Shown piece by piece: positions 22,801-30,100 of a stretch of 64,000 nt of DNA. Each line of letters opens with the position of its first letter. Position 1 is the first letter of the stretch. Made by a program: the position numbers and the translations under genes. Under the pieces are notes generated by a model, which worked only from the letters and a program-made list of their open reading frames with translations, was not told the origin of the DNA and ran no database searches. The stretch is from contig JBAXGH010000002.1 of assembly GCA_037139515.1 (NCBI GenBank), forward strand, positions 17,727-81,726. The letters run 5' to 3'. The DNA comes from a bacterium (GTDB taxonomy: Bacteria; Patescibacteriota; Patescibacteriia; JBAXGH01).

Positions 22801-24046
22801 AGCCAGTATCGGACTGAACAATCTGCGCCAAAACTTCGGTATTATTATTCGACCCATCATTGGCCTGAGTAACAGAAAGCACGGGTGTTAAACGATTCCC
22901 TGCCGTAAGCGACGAAATTATTGATAAAGTTTGATTATGAACGCCATCAAACGAGTCAGAAACGTCCGAACGCAGGAATGCGGTCGAATCAAGGCTGTCG
23001 AGCGAATCCACGTTCAGATTTGAAACCTTGGTTGTTGAGGCGACGACGAATGGCGCCGAACCGGTCGCCTGAGTAGAAGTAAGTTGACCCGACATGCCGA
23101 GCGTCGTGATGCCGGAGAGCGCACCGGTGTTTGAAACGTCAAGGCCTGATGAGTTAATCGAGAAAGTATCGTCGTTGGCATTGCCGATCGTGATGGTTTT
23201 AGCCGCAATTCCCGTGCCGACATCAATCGTTTGCGCGCCGGTGCCACCAAGAGAAATCGTGCCGGTTGATGTTCCGGTACCAATATTAATCGCGAAATCA
23301 GAGTCATTATTTAAACTCACAATTGCCCCGGAAACCGTGAGACCCAGGCTTCCGGTCAAAAGACCGGCTGAGCTGACAGTTCCCGTGCCGGTTGCAGAAA
23401 TATTTCCGGTGGTTGTGATATTACCCGTCAAAGTCAAAACTCCGGCATTTGTAACCGGCACAAAATCCCCCGCTCCACCCGCTTGAGAAGTATTAAAACC
23501 ATCTAAAAGCGAAGCATTTCCGGCCTGAAGCGCAGTCGCCGAAGAAGCCATTTTTCGTCGCGGAGAAAGCGTTTCGCCGTTGACTGTGATTTCGAGCCAA
23601 CGCGAACTTGCGGTATTGAAAAGCGAATCTGGAAGCGCGTTCTGCGGAGCCGCGCCAAGTAGCACGTTGAATAATCCATCGGTCACAGAAACCGAAATAG
23701 CTGTACTTGGAAGATTGCCCGGGCAATCTACGGCTTGCGAAAAAGTCGTATCAACACCATCACCCGCATCATCACCGGCGCTCCACAAGCAGTTGCCGGC
23801 TGCTACCGCATCAAAAATAGCAAACTTTACATTTTGAGATCCATCAGCAACGGTAACTTTTTGCGCATCAGTCAAACGACCCTGATAAGAAAGAATTTGT
23901 GGGGTATCTAAAGTAGCGTGAGTTGCAGCCGGTAAAAATACCGCAAGCGAGGTAAATACAAGCACACCAGCCGCAACAGCTCTTGCGCCGGGATGCAATA
24001 ATAAAGATGAAATTGTATTTCTACCTCCGAGCATGGATATAGGCAC
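13820..24046 (-). CDS. Giant secreted fibre-like/adhesin-like surface protein (3408 aa); likely start ATG at 24034
   Basis: Signal peptide ending ATHA, SYQGRLTD N-domain, GNVGIGT motifs, APFVVASTTKVSNLNVD repeats, NxAxGxxAL repeats, two D(Y/F)AE modules, Pro/Glu/Ala-rich tail. Confidence 0.85.
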   Translation of the reverse strand: MPISMLGGRNTISSLLLHPGARAVAAGVLVFTSLAVFLPAATHATLDTPQILSYQGRLTDAQKVTVADGSQNVKFAIFDAVAAGNCLWSAGDDAGDGVDTTFSQAVDCPGNLPSTAISVSVTDGLFNVLLGAAPQNALPDSLFNTASSRWLEITVNGETLSPRRKMASSATALQAGNASLLDGFNTSQAGGAGDFVPVTNAGVLTLTGNITTTGNISATGTGTVSSAGLLTGSLGLTVSGAIVSLNNDSDFAINIGTGTSTGTISLGGTGAQTIDVGTGIAAKTITIGNANDDTFSINSSGLDVSNTGALSGITTLGMSGQLTSTQATGSAPFVVASTTKVSNLNVDSLDSLDSTAFLRSDVSDSFDGVHNQTLSIISSLTAGNRLTPVLSVTQANDGSNNNTEVLAQIVQSDTGSSAHALQITQAGSGSALDIISGSLTSAGAITTTNNISTTGAGTITSAGLLSGNLGLTVTGAVVSLNASSDFGVNIATGTSTGTITLGGTGTQAIDIGTGVAAKTITIGNGVNDPTAINSSTLAIASNGISSWNNAGGNLTIQTLTSGTMALDSVGALNLGTVAATSVSVSRSGITTTVNGALTSSQLLTGNLGLTVTGAAVSLNDSSDFGVSLAGGTSTGTITLGGSMGQTIDIGTGVASKIITIGNANDDFFAINSSGLDVTSAGALSGITTLGMSGQLTSTLATGSAPFVVASTTKVSNLNVDTFDDLDSASFLRSDASDSFDGLNSKTLSLLSTLTAGNRTAAVLSVSQANDAANNNTGVLAEIIQLDTASSAHALQITQSGSGSALNIISGSLTSAGVITTSNNISSTGSGTITSAGLLTGNLGLNVTGATVNLNASSDFGVNIATGTSSGSITLGGTGAQAIDIGANIGTKVIRIGNANDDSFQLDSSGLDVSSGGALSGITTLGMSGQLTSTLATGSAPFVVASTTKVSNLNVDTFDDLDSASFLRSDVSDSFDGAHDKTLEILATVLGGARSEPVLSVQEDSSHANLSTGTLVQIALSNNESSAHALQISNAGIGSAIDIVSGSLTSAGAITTTGNISSTGSGTITSAGLLSGTVGVSVGASQSYSGTGAVTLSSGGTNTTLTLNSATTGNIEIGNDGSAEAINIGSGSAVKTIGIGNGNAGNTINIGTNNAATDFINIGSALDQVTINASSLIYGSDMYFRNGADRTIGITTANPDVAGNQLTVRPGNGNGNSAGGNLVLNGGTSGSDSGNAGNVEVTGGLGISATSNGGDIVLLGGNGSGTGVNGVVRIGSPTIGSTRATNLLAIGGGLEVDGDARLDGNLALATTTSSSVGVVTVGGSRFLHDYGANIFLGSGAGNFTASGTDNIAVGNSAFALLTSGSNNASLGGNAMLALTSGDRNTATGAYALNALDVGIDNAAFGYNALLVNDAGGGNTGIGSYALQSNTSGEFNSGLGSYSLVNTTGDNNTGVGYSTGLTNTTGSRNTFVGVGADVASSGLMNASAIGYQAQVGCGNCMVLGSVNGFNGAVVSTNVGIGDTTPAAMLTVGDGDLFQVTSAGLISTTPSSDAVALTLTGTNVSSANLLYLNSKNTSGTIQNIAYGTATTLSGSLVGSALDLKTGVTNVTQSVSGMVLTLPGATTATGTEAIKGISIESPGAVASVSGTPTWTGLDLTMPDITQAGGVLTSTGIKITGGTVTSGTSYALIADSAAGNVGIGTTTPTANLAVKGSVATGGNGTIETGASISDIGGTTDANATTFIFGSSTTFSTSLVVGDEISFSSAPATYAVVTAIYGDTMLATDIALGDGSTQTINVRHPYNVVTGSGTAFLTEIRPGDVMTIVSFLAPSETVVRVVTDTLAVVGGYFEGPYTPLFPGAMFTVRRPIMNIADVDATAHLVVHGDGTLRVGTSEPVSASKNIMSISSDVSFGNGDYASLMLNSSLSYSSANGNTFSGIDSNISSGGGGVGQPVMSMIGMDARPYRTSGSGGSVVGVRATPYVIGGAGPSDMIGVEAGEMTASGGGYISNATGVYIRQQTIGQSSNVGIAIESAQGTGAKTVWVSSRDDITSAEGGIFFGASADTNLYRSAVSTLKTDGALIVAPPARTGLSPSILTVTGAADTALTASAEATDINFNLARTVQFATGAITNQRAMRIQAPTYAFVGASTITNAATLSISGAPVAGTNATITNSAALVVESGNVGIGTSSPSAKLVVVPGALTGDPAVIIDSPDFVSMRLDRGAVSDDAAIRFATAGSDEWLVGTGRNGSNADFSFFNSGVNQLLITDGTGRVSIGGVASPGSKLVVKSSSTTSATSALNVTDSADTSLFFVRDDGTVSVGSSSSPVVGSRLAVNGSGMVHGTVAEYVLSSTKYKKLGMGVLNVGTPAGAIPGFGLEIGTRNAAITLDQLGTGDLNFSVNSSGAGNYVDSDIKMTILPSGNVGIGTTAPSQLFSVGTGATSNFTVTSAGNTVVAGSLNANGNTVIGNATADELTVTATILDDLNLLQMSNHTIGNINGGNGLLTIKGGNSTSSSYNGDAVTLKAGNGYAGSGSVGTNGGAFTVTLGAGGDGANSGATLIPGYAGGNGSAFVITAAAGGKGGDMTQPGGGGTPGAGGNGSVIQINGASGGAGGATTTSNNGANGGAGSMIQIVGGNGGNATGITGGTGGNGGNGGTVTIAGGVKGTGGGFGGSDGAIGDITFKTSGTGGTTRLNINGNAGTVSVALGSTASTTAVCSSLGNTTSPTATSVYELRDCSSTPAADYAEQYPVAAGIASGDIVSIGADDVTTIDGDTIKQLVKSSSTYESKLFGIVSDPTKAGDFNSIGYNIDTADNPMPIALVGRVIVKVNDENGPIAVGDAITSSSAAGVGMKSTKPGMIIGRALSAFAGPGAGTIMVFAKAEYFIGATLTSDGVLTYLGDSVTTRAKNTATALVPGYDSEYINFAGSGWDGSAALATSFKISNVTTNASTSKLAIANTAGAEVFSVNQSGDVSIAGKLYLSDKGSTQNSKYIYYDSDASPSDYMRTNAAGWATGSYDFAELFPTKDETLGAGEVVAIDPLYNEHVKRATSSEQNLLLGIISTRPGFLAGEWDKTEKKVPVALAGRVPTKVTVENGPIAIGDALTVSPTRPGFATKATSSATKTIGYALSATSVEGLVIVYVKTENAVPINIATEVAAPQNQGLQIYQDIDFRGFSITNIKAIRGQNWSIDEAGALAVKTTKTGGLIITKTQEAATLDSVIFPIGVDTVVITNPSAHENSEIFLSWQGNPGSVSWVQDKHEGSFSVKLASPTLTGVKLSYWIVDLVDERPIVADPAPVIASEPVQNNTTTLTAPAESTVSTVPAETTTPTAPAEVIVSDPAVVVPPPVVEPTPVVVEPVIEPVVAPAAPAVEPVITPVIEPAPLEPAPTLEEVPAPPADPSSAPEPAESTPTP
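20800..23420 (-). repeat. Intragenic long repeats (three copies of a ~235-370 aa unit) in the 3408-aa gene
   Basis: SGITTLGMSGQLTST.ATGSAPFVVASTTKVSNLNVD...FLRSD occurs three times; 35-bp identical DNA at 21144-21178 and 21849-21883. Confidence 0.85.
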
Positions 24047-24096
24047 TCTGCGCCATTAGGAATTATATCACATACCGCCCTCTGCTTTATTGTTAA

Positions 24097-24134
24097 TAAA
24101 AAATCAAAACGCCGCTTTGTGCGACGCTTTGATT
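24097..24134 (-). terminator. Rho-independent terminator between the two giant genes
   Basis: Minus strand AATCAAAGCGTCGC-ACAAA-GCGGCGTTTTGATT followed by a T-tract. Confidence 0.6.
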
Positions 24135-24146
24135 CGTCTAAATTAA

Positions 24147-27100
24147 TTAAGTTGTTGGGGTACCGGAAAGATCAGCAACCGGAGCCACTAACCCACCATC
24201 GGTAGCTGGCACGGGTTCGACGGCTGGGGCTGGATCGCTGATTGGAGCTGGGGCTGGTTCTGGCGCAGGATCAGCTACCGGATCTGGTGCTGGTACCGGA
24301 TTAGGCACAGGATCGGTTACCGGAACTGGATCCGGTACCGCTGCTGGAGCTACTGGTTCGATCACCGCGGCTGGTTCTGTAGGCGTTGTTGTGGTAGCTG
24401 GCGCGGTTGGGACGGTTGATTCAGCGGGTACGGTTGGGGTCGTAGTTGGAGCTACCGGACCATTCGCAACCGGGTTTTGCGCGGTCACCGGACGAGTATC
24501 GTTCACATTAATAATCCAATACTCGAAACGAAGTTGCATCACAGCTGGACTGCTCAACCTGATTTCGAAGGACCCTTCAGCCTGATTATTAACCCAATAT
24601 CTAGCACCCGGGTCGCCACGGAAAGTTAAGAAGATGCGTGAATTTTCGTGGACAGATGCGTTTGTAATAACAACCATGTCTGAGTTCGCCGGGAAGTAGG
24701 CGGTGTCGATAGTCGCTTTCTCTTCGTTCACCTGAACTATATATTCATTGGACGAAACCGACTTAACCACGAGTGCGCCGTTTTCATCAATAGACCAGTT
24801 CTGACCGCGGATTGCTTTGATATTCGTAATCGAGAAGCCCCTGAAATCAACATCTTGGTAGATCTGGAAATTCTGAGTTTGTTGCGAGGTTGATTCGGTG
24901 GCTAAGTTAGTTGGGACGGCGTTTTCGGTTTTGACGTAGACGATGATGGAGGCATCAACCAGGGTGGCTTCGAGCGCATAGCCAATATTTTTTCTGGTCG
25001 AGGCTGTGGCTTTGGTGGCAAAGCCTGGGCGGGTCGGAGAAACCGTGAGGGCATCACCGACTGCGATTGGACCATTCTCAACCGTCACTTTAGTTGGAAC
25101 ACGACCAGCGAGAGCGACCGGGACCTTCTTTGAAGCCTTATCCCACTCACCCGCTAGGAAGCCAGGGCGAGTTGAGATGATACCGAGAAGGAGGTTAGGC
25201 GCCGAAGAGTCGGCTCGCTTCACGTGTTCTGGGTATAACGGATCGATTGCGACGACTTCACCGGCTCCGAGGGTTTCATCTTTGGTTGGGAAGAGTTCAG
25301 CAAAATCATAGGAACCGGTCGCCCAGCCGGCGGCATTGGTTCGCATGTAATCTGACGGCGACATGTCGGAGTCGTAGTAAATATACTTCGAAGTTTGTGC
25401 GACGCCTTTGTCGGATGGGAAGAGCTTGCCGGTAATCACGACATCACCGGATTGATTGACGCTAAAGACTTCAGCTCCAGCCGTGTTCGCAATCGCTAAT
25501 CTAGATGTTGCGGAATTGGTGGTGATATTCGAAAGCTTGAAATTCGTGGCTTGTGCAGCCGCACCATCCCAGCCGGAGCCGGTGAACGAGATCGCTTGGG
25601 AGTCATAACCTTCAACAAGCGCGGTTGCGGTGTTCTTGGCTTTTACGATTACGGAATCATTCAAATACGTAAGCGTGCCGTCGGTTGTGAGGGTGGCTCC
25701 GAGATAGTATTCAGTCTTAACAAAGACCATGACTGTGCCGGCGCCTGGACCCGCAAAGGCGGAAAGTGCGCGGCCAACAATCATGCCCGACTTTGTGGAT
25801 TTCATGCCTTCGCCGGCGGTTGAACTTGAAGTAATCGGGTCACCGACTGCGATCGAACCATTTTCGTCATTAACTTTAACTTTTACGCGACCAACGAGCG
25901 CGACTGGGAGCGGATTATCGGCCGGATTGATGTTGTAGCCGATAGAGTTAAAATCACCAGCCGTGGCAGGATCGGAAATGACGCCAATAAGTTTGGCTTC
26001 GTATGGAGCTGAAGATTTGATGAGCTCCTTAATTGTGTCACCTTGAGTCGTGGTGACGTCGGTTGTGCCAATCATGACTATGTCCCCCATCGCAGCACCG
26101 ACTTCGACCGGATACTGTTCGGCGTAGTCAGCCATTGGACCACCATTACAATCTTTGATTTCATCAATACCGGCTCCATTGGTATCGTGACAAAGTGCGT
26201 ACGGTCCAGTAATGCCAGTCGCAACAATCAAACTGACTGTGACGCGGCTATTGATGGCGACGGCCGGTTGGTTCATGCCAGCATAGCCTATGGTAATCGC
26301 TTTTGTATGAGAAGTTCCAATATTCACATCTCCATCATTTGCTGAAACGCCTGAACCGCCTAAGACGCTAATATTTCCTCCGGTTTCACCTGGAGATCCT
26401 CCGTTGCCGCCACGAAGCGTAACAGCTCCGCCGGTCGCACCGGTTCCACCATAAAGATTAACCGCTCCGCCGGAGCCATCGTTCGAGGCGCCACCAGCCA
26501 GGTTCAAAGCGCCTGCTGTGCCGAAGGCATTCGTTGTATTTCCGGAAGTAATCGTGAGATCTCTTCCATCAGTGGCAGTTGCACTCTCTATTGAAATATT
26601 GTGATTCGCGTTCTTGCCAAAAACTATTTCTCCCGCAGCATCAACTGAGAGCAGCCTGGCAGCAAAACTGTTCTGAAGCTCCATTAAATTTCCAGTTTGC
26701 GAAGCAGCACCGGTAAGCACAATACCCTTGTTTGCGGCGACCGAAACTTCAATGTCGAGCTCACCATCAGGTGTGCTGTCGGCTGGATAACCAATACTCA
26801 TGCCTCCGCCAGAAGCCTGGTTTTTTATCTTGAGACGACGCTGTTTCCCTAGTTCATCGATGTAATAATAATCATCAGTAGAGTCGTAGGCCATGACCCA
26901 GTCATTCGAATCAGTAGAATTGTGGAGGCGGACGTTGCCATCCTGAACAGTGAGCTTATCTCCCATAGGAGCCGTACCGATGCCTACGCGACCGGTCTGA
27001 TCGATCGTAAATTGGGAGTTAGCTGCTCCACCATAAATACTTACCGGACCAGTTACGTTCATACCGCGTCCAACCTGCATACCACCACGAATATCTAAAT

Positions 27101-30100
27101 CATTACCAACCTGAACGTTAGAACGCGTAGTGAGAGTTCCAGTTTCTATGCCACCCGCTTCGAGTTGTTGGATATAGGCACCACCCATATCAAAAACTTG
27201 GAGCGTAGCCGAGCTATAGTTAATTACGTAAGCATAGCGACCTTGGACATAGACGCTGTATGGATTAGTACCTGTGGTGACAGAGCCAACACTCGTTGGG
27301 CTACCCGGAGTTGAAACATCGAAGACTTGAAGTGAATTAGGAGAGACCCAATTGGTTAGATAGACATAGCGACCTTGGACAAATATTCCGGTAGAAACTG
27401 CTGCGGTGGCGATTGAACCGGCTGAAGATGGGCTTGCGGGATTTGAAATATCGAATATACGGAGCGTGGCGTCGGTAAAATCAGTTTCGTAGGCATATCG
27501 ACCCTGAACATAAAGGCCATATGGATTGATTCCTGAAGCAACTGAGTTGATGAACGTTGGGCTCGCAGGGTTCGAGACATCGTATATTTTTAAACTGCCA
27601 CTCATCGCCACATAAGCATAGCGACCTTGGACAGATACAACTCTAGGGAGAGATCCAGTTGCGACCGAGCCTACAACTACCGGACTCACAGGATTTGAGA
27701 CATCGAAGACCTGGAGAGTTCCGGCATCGCTATTAACTACGTAAGCATAACGGCCCTGAACATAAACGCTTTCCGGCGAGCTACCGGTTGCGACCGAGCT
27801 AATGGCTGACGGACTAGCTGGATTTGAAACATCAAAAATTTGAAGAGTCGCCGCGGTATTACTGACCACGTAAGCATAGAGACCCTGAACGTAAACACTG
27901 GACGGATTATTGTTGGCTGAAACCGAACCGATAGCCGCCGGACTCGCCGAATTGGACACGTCAAAAATTCGGAGGGTGTCAGAAGCCCCGGCGACGACCA
28001 CATAAGCATAGCGTCCCTGAACGTATACTCCGGTTGGGGTGGTGCCGGTGCTAATAGAGCCGGCGGCAGCGGACGGTACTTTGCCGGCTGCATGAAGTTG
28101 AGAAATTGGAGTTGCCGTGCCGATGCCGACATCGCCATTGCCAAGCACGGTTACGAAAGTTCCGCCAGAATCACCAATTTGAAGTACCTCATCGGTGGCG
28201 CCTAGATTGGTGGCAGTCGTGAAATTGAAGGCTGAACTGGTGGTGTTGCCGGATGGGAAATCTGAAGTTAGATTGATTTGACCGCCGGTCGCGGAGCCGT
28301 TTCTGGTTGTCGTAAGATTCAAAGCTCCGGCGCCGGTTGTGCCGATGAATTTTAATTCCGCCAGAACATCATTGGTTCCCCCACCTATCGCGGTGGTCGT
28401 GGAATACATCTTCAAACTTGCCGGACCGAGGTATAATTCGCGCCAACGTTTGGCCGCCGAACCCAAATCATAGGCTATATCAGTCGCCGGCGTTAAATCA
28501 CCAGTAAAAGAAACTGCGTCTGAGAAAACGAAACTCGCACCGGCTCCGGTGGCGTCAAAGGTAGTGGCACCGTTCGAGGCGGCACCCATCGTGGTGTAAT
28601 TTGAACCATCATATGCCATCCGTAACTGCGGCGAAGATGTGCTTAAGACCTCAAGTCGGCTATTTGGCGAGCTAGTCCCGATGCCAACATTCCCCGTCGA
28701 ATCAATGCGAACCTTTTCAGAGAGCGCGGCACCGGCGGCGCGAGTGATGAAGCGGAAAGAGCTATCCTCGCTTCCTTCGGTGGCGTCATCCAAAACCACA
28801 TTAAACTGCGCCACAGCGTTATTATTTCCATTTGCGTTTTCAATATAATAATCCGTTCCAAATCCGAGTCCATTTCCACCCACGGTAGCTGAATTCGTAA
28901 TCTCAAATCTTTGAGCTGCGCTAACTGCGTCGCTTGAGGCTGTAGCCGCTATCGTGAAAAGATGCGATGGAGCCGTGGTGCCGATGCCAATATTGCCATC
29001 CTTATCGATACTCATCTTTACTCCCGCGGTGGTTCCGTTCGCGGTCACAAAATCCATGCGCGCAGGAACATCAGCGCCAACAGCACCGGTCTGAACAACC
29101 TGAATCAAGCCTCCATTCAAGAATCCGGAGCCATCATTTCCCTGGAATCTGAATTGACCCAAGATATTGCCGTCCACCGTGGCGACATTGGTCGCTGAAG
29201 CGGAGTTAGATTTTTGCAAGTCGATACTTGAATAAAGAGATGCATTATCGTAAGTCGTGATGGCGGTGGTACCGTTTTCGGCGATTGTTTGGACTTGGAG
29301 TTTTGATGAAGGAGTCGTGGTGCCGATGCCGATGTTGCCGCTTACTATCAGACCATTAGCCGGAGCGGCGCTTGTGGCGGCGTAACTTCCGATTGCTACC
29401 CCTCCGTTTACATCGAGCCTGGACAATGGGGCGCCTGTGCCGATGCCGACGTTGCCGTTTTCAAGAATGCGCATTTTTTCAGATCCGGCGGTATTGAAAA
29501 TAACATCATCAGCGCCGGCGGTAGTGGTCGCGCTCAAAGTTAGCGCGCCAGTCGATTGCAGAGTGAAAGCACCATTCGCGACTGTCGACGATTCACCATA
29601 AGTAGTAGCTGCAAGAATGCCACCAGTTCCAGAGGTGAAGGAATTCGCGTAGACACTATCTTGGGCGGCAAAATCACCGTTCACGAAAGCATCATTGCCA
29701 TCCGGCACAAAACTCGCGTGGACACCAACGGGAACAGTGGTAACACCACCGGTCCAGAAATTTCCGGTTGAATCAAAGCGGCCACGCTCGACATTGTTGG
29801 TTTCAAAAGTCAGAGCAAAAGCATCATTTGTGCCAAGAATTGCATCGGCCGGGCCAAAGCTGTTTCCGCCCTGGATGAAAGCAAAACCCGAAACATCGCT
29901 CGACTGAATCGCGTTTGAGACAAAGTTAGTACCATCGCCACGGAGAAAATTGCCGGCAGTTGCGGCGTTCGCAATTCTAAAACCAGTCGCGGAATTAATA
30001 ATGCCGTTTACATCAAGCAAAGTTCCGGCCCCCGGCGCCGCGGTGCCGATACCAACTTGGCCAGTGGTTGTAATGCGCATCTTTTCGCTTTGACTCGCGG

